NCBI RefSeq assembly: GCF_004010195.1
Contig: NC_057753.1
Location: forward strand, 3,804,993-3,868,992
Length of the DNA stretch: 64,000 nucleotides
Source: Chiloscyllium plagiosum
Taxonomy: Eukaryota
Direction: 5' to 3'
The position numbers and the translations under genes are program-made. Shown here one piece after another: positions 1 through 12,599 of this stretch. Within the stretch, counting starts at the first letter, position 1, and each line of letters starts with the position of its first letter. The notes below the pieces were generated by a model, which worked only from the letters and a program-made list of their open reading frames with translations, made no database searches and had not been told where the DNA came from.

Positions 1-1500
1 CATCATAGTTTCCTCTTCCCCAATTAAATATCCTCCCATTTTGCCTAATCCTCTCCTTCTCCATAGCTATGTAGAATGTGAGGCAGTTGTGGTCACTATC
101 ACCAAAATGCACTCCCACCACAAGATCTGATACCTGCCCCGGCTCGTTTCCGAGCACCAAGTCTAGAATGGCCTCTCCCCTCGTCGGCCTGTCAACGTGC
201 TGAGTTAGGAAACCCTCCTGAACACACCTTAGAAAAATAGCTCCATTCAAATCTCCTGCTCGAAGGAGGTTCCAATCAATATTGGGAAAGTTAAAGTCAC
301 CCATTACAACAACCCTACTACGTTGACACGTTTCCAAAATCTGCCGACCTATGCTTTCTTCCATCTCCCTACTGCTATTGGGGGGCCTGTAGTAAACCCC
401 TAAAGATGTGACTGCTCCCTTGCTGTTCCTAATTTCCACCCACACTGACTCGGTAAGCAGATCTTCCTCGACAATGGAAGGGTCTGTAGCTGTGATACTC
501 TCTCTGATTAGTAGTGCTACACCCCCTCCTCTTTTTTCCCCCCTCCCTATCCTTTTTAAATGCTCTAAACCCTGGAACATCCAGCAACCATTCCTGCCCT
601 GGAGAAACCCATGTCTCTGTTATGGCCACAACATCATAGCACCACGTACTGATCCATGCTCTAAGTTCGTCACTTTTATTCCTGATACTCCTTGCGTTAA
701 AGCAAACCCACTTTAACTGATCCCTTGGTTCCTTGCCAGGAAAATCCTTCTCACTAGCTGGTCTACCTCTTGCTACTGCCTCATCTGCATCCACTCTCAC
801 CTCCGGTATACAGCTCAGGTTCCCACCCCCCCTGCCATACTAGTTTAACCCCTCTCGAACTACTCGAGCAAACCTTCCACCCAGGACATTGGTCCCCTTC
901 CAGTTCAGATGCAACCCATCCTTCTTGTACAGGTCCCACCTTCCCCCGAAGACATCCCAATTATCTACATATCTGAAGCCCTCCCTCCTACACCAGCTGC
1001 GTTGCCACGTATTAAGCTGTGCCCTCTCCAAGTTCCTCGCCTCGCTATCTCGTGGCACCGGTAGTAAACTAGAGAACACTACTCTGTTCGTCCTGCTCTG
1101 CAGCTTCCATCCTTACTCCCTGAAATCACTTTTTATATCCTCAATCCTTTTCCTGGCTATATCATNNNNNNNNNNNNNNNNNNNNNNNNNNNNNNNNNNN
1201 NNNNNNNNNNNNNNNNCTGAGGGGAATGTCCACAGGGGATCTCTGCACTGTCTGACTGTCCCCTTTCCTCCCCCTAACTGTAACCCATTTATCCTTGTCC
1301 TGAGCCTTAGGAGTGACCAACTCCTGGTAAATCCTCTCAATTACCCCCTCAGCCTCCCGAATGATCCATAGTTCATCCAGTTCCAGCTCCATTTCTCTAA
1401 CACGGTTTTCATGGAGCTGGAGTTGGGTGCACTTCCCGCAGATGTAGCCAGCAGAGGCGTGTACCATGTCTCCCACCTGCCACATTCTGCAGAAGGAGCA
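1..1500 (-). mobile_element. CR1-type LINE, 5' part: ORF1 (Cys-rich/coiled-coil + SGNH esterase) and start of ORF2 AP endonuclease
   Basis: Minus-strand translations give YICGKCTQLQLHENRVREMELELDEL, SLLPVP...DNWDVF...DGLHLN (esterase-like ORF1) and CFNARSIRNKSDEL...DVVAITETW (APE start). ORFs are frameshifted and run off the left edge. Confidence 0.88.
1166..1216. other. Assembly gap (51 N)
   Basis: Run of n characters. Confidence 1.
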
Positions 1501-1734
1501 AGCAACTACCCTAGCATCCGTACCCGGCTTATCTGAACACCCACTCAGTACTAAAGTAGAAAGCTTAGTTCAAGTTGCTATAAAAATTAATAACAAACGT
1601 ATATCCAATAGAGGAAGTTTAGAATGAACGTTACCTTATTAACTAGGTTAGAGGAGGAGGGCGGGTGGGAGACTCCACAGTAGTAGAGTCTCGGGTTTAG
1701 CTGCCTTGCTGATATATATGGTCACTGCTATATA

Positions 1735-2150
1735 GTCGGGGTATGGAATGCACTGCCGGCAACAGGAATCGACTTGCCAACTGTGAGGGCATTTAAATGG
1801 TCATTGGATAAACATATGGACGAGAGTGGAATAGTGTAGGTTAGATGGGCTTCAGGTTGGTTTCACAGGTTGGCGCGACATTGAGGGCTGAAGGGCCTGC
1901 ACTGCGCTGGAATGTTCTATGTCCTCTGAAACTTCGAGAATACTGAGTGGCCTGGCGAGGGTAGATGTTGGGAAGATGTTTCCATTGGTAGGGGGGACTA
2001 GGACCCAAGGGCACAGCGTTAGAGTAAAGGGAAGATCCTTTAGAACGGAGATGAGGAGAAACCTCTTTAGCCGGAGAGTGGGGAATCGATGACATCTATA
2101 ATGAATCTATAGGTAGGTTCTTGATTGTCAAGGGGATCAAGGCTTACAGA
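1735..2150 (+). mobile_element. Two CR1 LINE 3'-end fragments
   Basis: tggaatgcactgcc...gggctgaagggcctg tail, followed by a second ORF2-end fragment. Both match CR1 3' ends elsewhere in the window. Confidence 0.65.
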
Positions 2151-2276
2151 GAGAAAACCTGGGAGAAAGACAGACAAGGGACATATCCGATAGGGTACCT
2201 TCATCGTCCAGTACTTCCCAGGATCGGAGAGACTATGCCATGTTCCTTGCAGCCTGCAACACATTATCGATGACAG

Positions 2277-2367
2277 GTCAAAAACTGCGGTGCTGGAAAA
2301 GCACAGCAGGTCAGGCAGCATCTGAGGAGCAGGAGAATCAACATTTCGGGTATAAGCCCTTCATCAG
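2277..2367 (-). mobile_element. Family A hammerhead/pLTR mini-insertion
   Basis: Reverse complement reads cctgatgaagggcttatacccgaaat. TSD gatgacag at 2269-2276 and 2368-2375. Confidence 0.8.
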
Positions 2368-2930
2368 GATGACAGTGAGCACCTTGCCATGATCTTCCCT
2401 ATGCCAAAACCTCTTGCCTTTAAACAACCACCAAACCTTAAACAGATCTTTGTTCGCAGCTAACTACCCAGCCTTCAGGACAACACCACCATCCAACCCT
2501 GCCTCGGCAACCACGGCAAGATGTGTCAGAGCATTGCCAAGGACACTACCATTACACGTGGGAACACCACCTACCATGTACACGGCAGGTACCCATGGCT
2601 CGGTTAACGTTGTCTATCTCATACGCTGCAGACAAGGATGCCCCCGAGACATGGTACAGTGGCAAGACCAAGCAGACGCTACAACAGATGAATGGACACT
2701 GCGCAACAATCGCCAGTCAGGGATGTTCCCTCCCAGTCAGGGAACACTTCAGTTGTCAGAGACAATCGGTCTTGGATCTTCGGGTAAATGTCCTCCAACG
2801 TTGACTTTGGGATACGTAACAATGCAGAGTCACTGAACAGAGGCTGACAGCCAAGCTCAGTAACCATGAGGACAGCCTCAACCCGGATCTTGGGTTCATG
2901 TCACACCACGGGTGACCCCACCACACAACA

Positions 2931-3400
2931 TTCTCTCTCTCTCACTCACTCTCACTCTCACTCCTACTTCCTCTCCCTCTCTTTCTCTCTCTCACTCCCA
3001 CTCTCTCTCACTCCCACTCACACTCTCTCTCTCTCACTCCCACTCATTCTCTCTCACTCCCACTCTTGCTCTCTCACTCTCTCTCTCTCTCTCACTCTCT
3101 GTCTCACTGACTCTTACTCTCTCTCACTCTCACACTCTCTCTCTCTTGCACTCGTTCATTCTCACTCTCTCACACACACGCTCTCTCTCTCACTCTATCC
3201 CTCTGTCTCACTCTCTCTCACACAGTCTTCCTCTCACTCTCGCTCTCACACACACTCTCACTCTCAGTCACTCACGCATTCGCACACATACACTTTCTCA
3301 CAGGTATATACACCGTCACATTTGCGCACACACTGTCTCAAGCACACATGCATTACCACACACACACTCTCTACCTCTCTCTCTCTCACACACACACACC
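2931..3400. repeat. Compound (CT)n/(CA)n low-complexity microsatellite
   Basis: Direct reading. It explains the Ser/Leu/His/Thr ORFs in the track. Confidence 0.95.
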
Positions 3401-3797
3401 CATTGGGTCTGCCCCTCTCCCTCACCCATGTAAGTGTGAATGGGTTGCATTTGTATTTGCAGATACATTCTATTTTGTTCAAAAAACACACAGTCTGTAG
3501 GCAGTCATTCAATGTGACATTTTATAAGAACCTACTTTGGAAATAAAACCAGTCTGACTCTAGGTTGGGACATAGACAGACTCTAAGCACACACCTGTAA
3601 TGTGTTGTCCGAGCTAAGATCTCACCTTTCTTTTATATACTGATAAAACCTGACAGCGTGTGTGGGTGTGTAGTTTCCTTCCTCAGGATAAAAGGGAACA
3701 AATAGGATGTGTTTTCAGTACCAATGAATCAAATTGTAATGCGGAACTCAGATGTGATATGGTTTGTTAGTGGGAGATGATCTGAATCAGTGTGGAA

Positions 3798-4082
3798 TTA
3801 GAATCCCTGGAGTGTGGAAACAGGCCTTTCGGTCCAACAAGTCCACACCGACCCACCAAAGAGTATCCCATCCAAACGCACTCCTCTACATTTACCCCTG
3901 ACTGATTCACGTGTCCTGCACATCTTTGTGATATCGGGAGGAAACCAGAGCAAACCCGCACAGACACGGTGGGGGGAGAATACACAAACTCCACACAGAC
4001 AGTTCCCAGAGGCTGGAATCGAAAATGAGTCCCTGGCACTGTGAGGCAACAGTGCTAACCACTGAGCCACTGTGCCACCCAC
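3798..4082 (-). mobile_element. HE1-type tRNA-derived SINE
   Basis: Reverse complement has tggctcagtggttagcact (A box), the body ggagtttg...ggtttcctccc and the tail ggcctgtttccacact. Confidence 0.85.
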
Positions 4083-4189
4083 AGTAATACTACAGGAAGC
4101 CTTAAAATCTGAGGGACAGTAACTGAGAATGTATTTTTGTAAAAGCAGCAATCCTGTTGCTATCCGATAGTGAAGCTGATGGAAGTGTT

Positions 4190-4352
4190 TGAAATGGAGC
4201 CATGCTGTGTAGATAGTGCTGTTGGACTGGGATGGACAAAGTTGAAAATCACACGACACCAGGTGAGATTTCCAAAGGGTTTATCTGAAAATGCGAGCTT
4301 TCGGAGCACAGCTCCTTGACTCTAACCCGGTGCCGTGACATTTTCAACTTTG
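4190..4352. mobile_element. Degenerate family B fold-back pLTR unit
   Basis: acaaagttgaaaatcacacg...gctttcggagc...ctcc...ttttcaactttgt. Inverted ends, similar to 13494-13674. Confidence 0.6.
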
Positions 4353-4739
4353 TAAATGGACAGCACTGGGGAATGATGTATGTTAGAACTCGGTGAGCCT
4401 CTGAGGGGAATCGGGGCACGTGCCCAGCAGCAGACAGTTCATGTTGTTCCAGGAGAGGTCAATCCTGCTTGTGCAGATGTCATGATTTACACAGCGCATG
4501 GGCAGCCTGTGGCTTTATCTTTTCCTGACCGTACGAAGGATTACTCGAAGCAATTCACAGAGGATCAACAACGCCTACCCCGCACTCTTACTCACTCGGT
4601 TGATGAGTGGTGAACGAGAGATTGCTTGACGGTGGGGCAAGTTCAAAGCAGTTTTACCCAGCGGTCCAGTGAAAGGGACGGACACAAACACAGGCAGCTG
4701 ACTGGATTGTCTTGATCTTCATGAGAAAGGAAGCTCCAA

Positions 4740-6300
4740 GAGTCTTCTATGAGGCAAATGTTGTTCCTGTGTTCAAGAAAGGGAATAGGGAAATCCCTGG
4801 GAATTACAGACCTATCCGTCTGTGGTAACCAAGGTGCTGGCAAGGATTCTGAGAAGTTGGATGTATGATTATTTGGAAGAACATAGTTTGATTGAAGATA
4901 GTGAGCGTGGCTTTGTGAGGAAAAGCGCAGCAGGTCAGGCAGCATCCAAGGAACAGGAGAATCGACGTTTCGGGCACAAGCCCTTCTTCTTGTGCCCGAA
5001 ACGTCGATTCTCCTGTTCCTTGGATGCTGCCTGACCTGCTGCGCTTTTCCAGCAACACATTTTCAGCTCTGATCTCCAGCATCTGCAGTCCTCACTTTCT
5101 CCTCGTGGCTTTGTGAGGGGCAGGTCATGCCTCACAAGCCTTATTGTGTTCTTTGAGGATGTGACAAGACAAGTTGACAAAGGTAAAGCAGTGAATATGG
5201 GGTATGTGGATGTCAGTAAGGCATTTGAAAAGGTTCCCCATGGTAGGCTCATTCAGACAGTTAGGAGGTATGGGATACAGGGAGATTTGGCTGTTTGGAT
5301 ACAGAATTATTGACTGAAGACAGCGAGTGGTAATGGATGGAAAGTACTCCGCCTGGTGGTCGATGACCAGTGGTGCTCCACAGGGATCTGTTCTTGGGCC
5401 CCTGCTCTTTGTAGTTGTTATAAATGACTTGGATAAAGAAGTGGAAGGGTGGGTTTGTAAGTTAGTAAGATGACACAAATGTCAGTGGTGTTGTAGATAG
5501 TGTCGAGGGTTTTTGCAGGCTACAACAAGACATTGACATGGACAGGATCCAATGCTGGGCTGAGAAGTGGCAGATGGAGTTCAAACTGCATAAATGCGAA
5601 GTGATTCATTTTGGAAAGTCGAGTTTGAATGCTGAATACAGGATTAAAGGCAGGATTGTTGGCAGTGTGGAGGAACAGCGGGATCTTGGGAGTCCACGTA
5701 CATAGATCTCCCAAAGTTGCCACCCAAGTTGATAGGGTTGTTAAGAAAGCAAACACTAATGAAAGTGTTTTGGCTTTCATTAACAGGGTTATCGAGTTTA
5801 AGAGCCGTGAGGTTTTGCTGCAGTTCTATGAAACACTGGTTAGTCCACACTTGGAATATTGTGTTCAGTTTTGATTGTCTCATTATAGGAAAGATATAGA
5901 TGCTTTAGAGAGGGTGAAGAGAGGTTGAGTGAGCGTGATTTAATAGAGGTATACAAGGTAATGAGAGGCATGGGATAGAGTGGATAGCCAGAGACTTTTC
6001 CCCAGGGCAGAAATGACTGTCACGAGGGGGCATAATTGTAAGGTGATTGGAGGAAGGTACAGGGGAGATGTCAGAGCTAGTTCTTTACCCAGAGTGTGGT
6101 GGGTGTGTGGGGTGCACTGCAAGCGGTGGTCCCGAGAGTCAGAGACATTCGGGACATTTAAGCGACAGCTGGACACGCACATGGATGGCAGTGAATTGAG
6201 GGGAGTGAAGGTTAGTTTGGTCTTAGATTAAGCTAAATGCTCGGCACAACATTGCATGCTGAAAGGCCTGTACTGTGCTGTGCTGTTGTATGTTCTGTTT
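4740..6300 (+). mobile_element. CR1 LINE ORF2 reverse-transcriptase/3' fragment
   Basis: GRSCLTSLIVFFEDVT...YVDVSKAFEKVPH, GAPQGSVLGPLLF and PHLEYCVQF. Stops and frameshifts present. Confidence 0.88.
4921..5103. mobile_element. Family A fold-back hammerhead/pLTR mini-element
   Basis: Near-perfect inverted arms. 15-bp TSD cgtggctttgtgagg at 4906-4920 and 5104-5118, inserted in CR1. Confidence 0.9.
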
Positions 6301-6544
6301 TCTAGTTGTTTGAGGTGAGGATGAAGGAGATAAGGTAGAGCGATAGAGCGAGAACTCTTCAAAAGCAACCATCTTACATATAGATATTAACTGGGTAACA
6401 CTGATCGACTGGATTAAACACAAAGTTAATTTATTGACTATTGAGAATATTGGCATTGTTACAAAGTTAGAAATGATTAAAGTCAGAATAAATAGATTGC
6501 AATGAATACTGTTCAATCTGAGATATGGTTAACAGCAAAAATCC

Positions 6545-7825
6545 ATTCACTGCAGTTATTTGTAAACACATTCTTATCTCAGCTGGTCAGATGACCTTGA
6601 GGAACCCTTCCCACACTCTGAGCAGGTCTCTCCCCACTTGTATCGACTTGAGGGAATTGGAATGTGTTACGACACCGGGGTAAACTCCCCCTACTAATTT
6701 AAACCAGTAACACAGAAAAGATGTATCCCGTGCGGTAATCTGTGAATACTTGAGAGGCCAAGAACTATCCCAAAAGATCATTATTTAAATTAAAAATTAG
6801 CAATTTTATTTTTTAAAGTCGAACAGAGAAATAATTAACTAACAACTATTTACAACTCCTGTCTCTAACCTATCTTTTACTTTCTCCTCTACAATACTAG
6901 TCCGATAAAACCCCTGATTAAGATTTACCGAAAAATTCAAATTTCAAAACCAGCCAGCTGTCGAAACTTCCCTTTGTATCTTCCTCTGTAGACATGCTGT
7001 CCAGGTCGGTGTCGATGTTTCTCTCTGTCCAAACGCCTTCTCTAGACAGGTACCTCTCCGAGAGTTCTCACTAGCAGCCTACATCTGTTGGTCTTTTCAC
7101 AGTTCTCCCTCTATTGTTCACGTTTTCCTGGTCTTATACCCACCCAAAAAACCGGATTATGTCATTGGCTTTTAGTATTGTCAATATACTCAATTCAAAC
7201 TCGATTGGAGTTGGGTATGTTTTGGAGTATCATTTAAACTGATTGGCCTAATTCAAATTTGTTTTGGTCTCCAGGCAACCAGCTACACGAGCTGCTGGGC
7301 CATTTGCATCTTGTTCGGAACACTTGGCGCTGTCAGGTAGTTCTGCTCGTTTTTAACTCTCGTAAAGGCATGGTACACTTCCACATCTTCTTAACAGAAA
7401 GTCTGAACTTAGTCCCACCATGACGGCACTGGAACAGTCTCTCAGCAGCGTGAACGTGTCGATGGGACATCGGAGCCTCACTGCTTTTAAAGCAGCCCCT
7501 GCAATCCAGGCATTTAAAAGATCAATGAGAACTTGCTGGTGTCTCAGCAGACTGGATGGCGAATGAACCCCTTCCTATATACGGAGCAGATGAACTGCCT
7601 GTCTCCCTGTGTGACTGCCCAGATCAGCTTTCGATGGCTAACTGAATCACTTCCAACCATCCCTACATTCCAAAGACTTTTTTTTCCCAACAGAAATACT
7701 TCCGTGTTCAAGGTTCGATAACATTTAAGTTTGTGATAAATCATGTCTCCATCACCTCTCATGATGTAATGTTTGTTTTCAGTGGCCCGACTGCAAATCC
7801 TTCCAACCTAATGCCCCCATTTGGT
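6545..7825 (-). pseudogene. Decayed C2H2 zinc-finger paralogue, split by a solo LTR
   Basis: Minus strand gives TQGDRQFICSVYRKGF, SLLRHQ and SGER..CSECGKGSSRSS. The end gtttacaaataactgcagtga and the upstream aggatttgcag motif are shared with the other ZNF copies. Confidence 0.7.
6665..7396 (-). mobile_element. Solo LTR
   Basis: tgttac...ttaaca termini, flanks gaatg/gaaag (imperfect TSD), AATAAA on the minus strand. A related fragment lies at ~30440-30652. Confidence 0.7.
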
Positions 7826-8279
7826 GTCTTTTAAACAAAAGGAATAACAAACTATGAGTGGGAATTCATAAAGCATACAGGAGTAGTGAAATTAAGCTGA
7901 ATGAGTCTGGTAGTTTATGGAAGGGCTGCTGGGTTGTCACAAAAACACATATTGTTCAGGAATGTCCATCTAGAAGGGGAATCCATCAACCAGTCTGAAC
8001 CTACATACGAATCTGACCTCAATGGGAGAAGAGAGGGAGGAGAGAGAGGATGAAAATATGATGGTCTGTTTATACACTTCTAAAGCGTGACCACTTTGGC
8101 CTGAAGTCTCATCTGTTTACATATAAACAAAAGGCCTCTCAACATCCTTTTCACCTCTGTACAAAACCAGTCTGATCGGAGCCCAGCCCGGTTTATTACC
8201 CCTCTGAGAAAAATCAAAGACAGTCTCCTTGAGCCAAGGAACAGCTTTTAGGAAAAAAGAGGGGACTAGCTTTTTGACA

Positions 8280-8790
8280 CTACAGTATGGAAACAGGCCA
8301 TTTGGCCCCAACAAGTCCACACTGACCCAATGAAGAATAACCCACCTCCTGCCCTATTACTCTACATTTCCCTGGACTAATGATGGAGGGCTTTTGCCCG
8401 AAATGTGTTTTTTCTGATCCTCGGATGCTACCTGACCTGCTATGTTTTTCCAGCACCACTCTAATGCACCTAACCTGCACATCCCTGAGCACTATGGGTA
8501 ATTTAGCATGGCCTATCCACACTAACCTGCACATCCTTGAGCACTATGGGTAATTTAGCCTGGCCTATCCACCCTAACCCGCACATCCCTGAGCACTATG
8601 GGTAATTTAGCATAGCCTATTCACCCTAACCTGCACATCCCTGAGCATTGTGGGCAATTTAGCATGGTCTATCCACCCTAACCTGCACATGCCAGAGCAC
8701 TATGGGTAATTTAGCATGCCCAATCCACCCTAACCTGCACATCACTGAAGATGATGGTCAATTTGGCGTGGCCAATCCACCCCAACCTTT
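8280..8790 (-). mobile_element. HE1-type SINE 3' part with an internal tandem expansion and a family A insertion (~8382-8460)
   Basis: tggaaacaggcc...aacaagtccacac SINE tail, the insert gggcttttgcccgaaa...ttccagcaccact, then the 52-bp array. Confidence 0.8.
8467..8787. repeat. Minisatellite of six ~52-bp units derived from the SINE body
   Basis: Unit caccctaacctgcacatccctgagcactatgggtaatttagcatggcctatc starts at ~8467, 8518, 8570, 8622, 8674 and 8726. Confidence 0.92.
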
Positions 8791-9125
8791 AGATGTGTAA
8801 TTCGTCCCATGTAAACATGGTGGTCAGTGCATGCGTTCCCATTGAAGATGGCAGTGGTAACCTGGGCCTGAGTAGAGCGAGAGAGTCCGTCATTCTGGTG
8901 TTGTGCTGCAAGGTGAAACTATTTGTTTTTTTTCTGTCAGCTGCAGACTTCCCCACGTATTTATGAGGCTTTCGGGTCCAAGTCACTGCCATTATTCCTT
9001 CCCCCAGTGACCTACTCTGTTGTTTTGCTGAAGTCTCCTTTTCCTTTCCCACTCCAGGCCGTTTCACTCACGGTCTGGCACAGCGCATGTTTGTGTCACT
9101 CCGCTGCAATGCATGGAGCCCGCGT

Positions 9126-10207
9126 GTTGGAGCAATAGCTATTTTGGAATGAATCGCGCATACAAGTCTTGAGTACTGACACCTTTATTCGCGACATGTC
9201 GTGGGGAGAGAAAGGGCAACCAGTTAGATCGGATGGCCCCGAATCACTCCAACAGGTCACAGAGCTTCACGAGACTTTATAGCGTACAATTAGCTGACCA
9301 TTAACTACAGGATAATATGCAGGCACAGGACAACTTGCATAACATCAGCCCCAGACACATAGTGCCTGGTCGCAACCGTTAGTAACTGATAAGCAGGTGA
9401 TAGTAGACAATAGCTTCACTCATTTGCCCCAAAGGAGCCTTCCACATCCATCAAAGTTTCACCTGCACTTCCACACGTGTCATTTACTGTATCCGTTGCT
9501 CCCGATGCAGTCTGCTCTACGTTGCGGAGACAGGACGCCGACGTGCAGAGCGCTTCAGAGAACCTCTCTGGGGCACCCGCACCAACCAACCCCACTGCTC
9601 CGTGGCCAAACACTTCAACTCCCCCTCCCCCTCTGCCGAGGCCATGCAGGTCCTGAGCCTACTCCATCTCCACACCCTAACCACCCGATGCCTGGAGGAA
9701 GAACACCTCTCATTCCACCTTAGACCCTGCAACCACACGGCATCAATGTGGACTTCACTAGTTTCCTCATTTCCCCTCCCCACACCTTCTCCCAACCTCC
9801 CCCTCCCCCTCTGCCGAGGCCATGCAGGTCCTGGGCCTCCTCCATCTCCACACCCTAACCACTCGATGCCTGGAGGAAGAACACCTCTCATTCCACCTTA
9901 GACCCTGCAACCACACGGCATCAATGTGGACTTCACTAGTTTCCTCATTTCCCCTCCCCACACCTTCTCTCGGATGCTGCCTGACCTGCTGTGCTTTTCC
10001 AGCAACACACCCTTGAACTCTGATCTCCAGCATCTGCAGTCCTCACTTTCTCCTACAATGACTTCATTTGTTTATCGACTATCTGCGCAGCTACAAGACC
10101 GACCGTTTTTCAAGCAGACATGGGAAAACAAGCTTTGTTCAGGGCAGGCGCTGAATATGAGGCAAAATGGTTTCCACACATTTAGTATGTGACAAAATGG
10201 CTTCCAC
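9126..10207 (-). mobile_element. Probable solo LTR interrupted by a PLE fragment
   Basis: tgttgg...ttccaca termini and AATAAA on the minus strand near 9185. The end caaaatggcttccaca recurs at ~40490-40502. Confidence 0.45.
9427..10055 (+). mobile_element. Penelope-like element 3' fragment (family A; GIY-YIG plus pLTR tail) with internal 178-bp duplication
   Basis: Same sequence as 51470-51840 (VAKHFNSPSPSAEAMQVL...EEEHLSFHL). Ends in ccagcatctgcagtcctcactttctcc. Confidence 0.85.
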
Positions 10208-10539
10208 AATTCTCCCACACCATGGCAACAACCAGAGCACATTCTCCCTCTGCTGAGGATGCTGGGTAAATACCCAGCGATTAAATGGGGCTGAGGTTGA
10301 GCAGAAAAAAATTACCTTTATTTTGTTTTCCAAGTCCTTTTGTAACCACAGCTGCAAGATGTAAAAATGAGTGAATCGGTTGACACAGCAAATAAGGTGC
10401 ACCATAGTTCTGCCTTCGGTGTAAAGAATATCAGAACAAACTTGTTTGATATTTTCTTCTCAATCTGTTCCCAGACATTTATTACACATCTCTGGAGCAG
10501 GTGAGACTTGAACTCAGGCCTCTCTTGGCATCATGGTAG

Positions 10540-11075
10540 CCCGCAAATCTACCAACACACTGAAACAGCTACTGATGAACCTAAAGGACCATGTACCAAC
10601 AACCAGCAAAACCATTGTCATTTACAAAATACCCCGCAAGGACCATAACTAACACTACATTGGACAGACAGGCAGATAACTGGCCACCAGGATACACGAA
10701 CACCAACTAGCCACCAAAATACATGACCAGCTATCATTAGTATCCTTACAACACATCCATCCTGGGACAGGCTAAACAGAGACGCACACGGAATTCCTAG
10801 AGGCCTGGCATTCAAACCGGAACTCCATCAATAAACATATTGATTTGGACCCCATTTACCAAACTCTGAGAAAAAGAACCGGAAATGATATCACCCACCT
10901 TAACAGACCAAGACACACAGAGAGCAAGTGGGACGGAGCACCAACGTTTCACCGGAGGCTCACTGACGATGTTACCTAGCATGATGACGAAACGTCTGAG
11001 CACAAACCTGCCAACTCAGCAAGCAAACTTACAACCTGAACCTCAACCTAAGCTACAAATCTTCTCAGAAATCGC
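10540..11075 (+). mobile_element. Penelope-like element 3' fragment (family C)
   Basis: Translates with stops to VIYKIP...HYIGQTGR.LATRIHEHQLAT (GIY-YIG), followed by a hammerhead motif. Confidence 0.82.
10958..11001 (+). ncRNA. Minimal type I hammerhead ribozyme motif (family C)
   Basis: GCUCA-CUGACGA-U-GUUA(ccuagcauga)UGAC-GAAA-CGUC-UGAGC. Stem I is 5 bp, the core is complete, and helix III is the palindrome ACGU. Confidence 0.8.
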
Positions 11076-11122
11076 AAAGTAAAAGCTGCTAATTTTTGAC
11101 CTACGGATAGTAAAATCACAGT

Positions 11123-11225
11123 CTAAATTAGAGTGGTGCTGGAAAAGCACAGCAGGTCAGGCAGCATCCAAGAAGCAGGAAAATCCACGTTTCATGCGAA
11201 AGCCCTTCACCAGGAAAGCCCTTGC
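11123..11225 (-). mobile_element. Family A pLTR mini-insertion
   Basis: 16-bp TSD atagtaaaatcacagt at 11107-11122 and 11226-11241. Confidence 0.85.
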
Positions 11226-11449
11226 ATAGTAAAATCACAGTATCCCGACAATGCAGAAAGACACGATGGAGCCCCATTGATTCTGCACAGACTCTCGAAA
11301 CAGCATCCCACCCCCACCCCGTCATCCCACAAGGGGTCTTTCTTAACTTTGGCTAACCCACCAAACCTGAATATCCTTGGACACTACAGGACATTTTTAG
11401 CAATGGCAAATCTATCTAACACGCACATCATTGGACTGTGGGAGGAAAC

Positions 11450-12022
11450 TGGATTTGAAGGTGGACAATGTTAAAAATCACACAACATCAGGTTATAGTC
11501 CAACAGGTTTATTTGGAGGCACTAGCTTTCAAAGCGCTGCTTCTTTATCAGGTGGTTGTGCAGCAGGACCATACGGCACAGAATTTATAGCAACAGGATT
11601 GCAGTGTCATGGAATGTAATATTAAACAAATTTAGTTTGAGTCTTTCACCGTTTAGAGTGGTCATGTTAGTTTCAGTTCCTTCATCTGTAAATCCCAGAA
11701 CTGTTTTAAGGTTATGTTCTCAAGGTATGATTTGGAGGTGTCAGTGTTGGTCTGACGTGGACAATGTTAAAAATCACACAACACCAGGTTATAGTCCAAC
11801 AGGTTTATTTGGAGGTATGTATTGTATAAATTATATATAACAATCCTGGTCTTTTTCAATACATACTTTCAGTTGCATGACACTGTAAACCTTTGCTTTA
11901 AACTCTGTGTCTGACAATCTTATTCTCCACAACCACCTGATGAAGGAGCAGCGCTCCGAAAGCTAGTGCTTCCAAATAAACCTGTTGGACTCTAACCTGG
12001 AGTTGTGTGATTTTTAGCTTTG
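11450..12022. mobile_element. Family B pLTR complex: two antisense copies followed by one sense copy, nested in an HE1 SINE
   Basis: gtggacaatgttaaaaatcacacaac at ~11461 and ~11757, with a sense copy ending gttgtgtgatttttag. SINE pieces lie on both sides. Confidence 0.78.
11934..11968 (+). ncRNA. Minimal type I hammerhead ribozyme motif (family B)
   Basis: CAC-CUGAUGA-A-GGAGC(agc)GCUCC-GAAA-GCUA-GUG. Helix III is the palindrome AGCU. Confidence 0.82.
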
Positions 12023-12221
12023 AACAGTAGTTGCTATCTCAGCTCAGATAGTGCATGTAAGGTGTGAAGTTAAATTACCTGGAGGAAACCCATGCAGACA
12101 TAGGGAGGCAAACTCCACCCGTCACCTCAAGGCTTAAATCGCTGGCAAGGTGAGGCAATACTGTCAAGCCACCATGGGCAGCACGGTGTCAGGTTGCCCC
12201 TGTCCTGTAGTAGTACGCCTT

Positions 12222-12560
12222 TGGGTGGTACGGTGCCTCAGTGGTTAGCACTGCTGCCTCACGGCGCCAGGGACCCGGGTTCAATTCCAGCCTCAGGTGA
12301 CTGTCTGTGTGGAGTTTGCACATTCTCCCCGTGTCTGCGCGGGTTTCCTCCGGGTGCTCCGGTTTCCTCCCACAGTCCAAAGATGTGCAGGTTAGGGTGG
12401 ATTGGCCATGCTAAATTGCCCCATAGTGTTCAGGGATGTGTAGGTTATGGGCATTAGTCAGGGGAAACGTAGGGGAATGGGTTTACGTGGGATGTTCATT
12501 GGAGGGTTGGTATGGACATGTTGGGCCGAATGGCCTGTTTCCACACTGGAGGGATTCTAA
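12222..12560 (+). mobile_element. HE1-type SINE, full length
   Basis: A box (cagtggttagc), B box ggttcaattcc, conserved body and tail ggcctgtttccacact. Confidence 0.9.
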
Positions 12561-12599
12561 GTGACTTGGCAGCAGAGACACCTCAAGGCCCCAATGGAG

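Larger units (their letters stand above)
2150..3650 (+). mobile_element. Degenerate Penelope-like element (GIY-YIG endonuclease end plus 3' region)
   Basis: Frameshifted NVVYLIRCRQGC...WYSGKTKQTLQQMNGH...PVREHF, typical of PLE GIY-YIG domains. Confidence 0.75.

Noticed and set aside
2866..3546. 226-aa and 173-aa Ser/Leu/His/Thr-rich ORFs
   Set aside because: They are translations of a (CT)n/(CA)n microsatellite.
8467..8787. CRISPR-like regular array
   Set aside because: The units are contiguous with no unique spacers, are SINE-derived and sit in a eukaryotic context with no cas genes.
12222..12300. tRNA gene (A and B boxes present here and in other copies)
   Set aside because: These are tRNA-derived SINE heads followed by SINE body and tail, with no complete cloverleaf.
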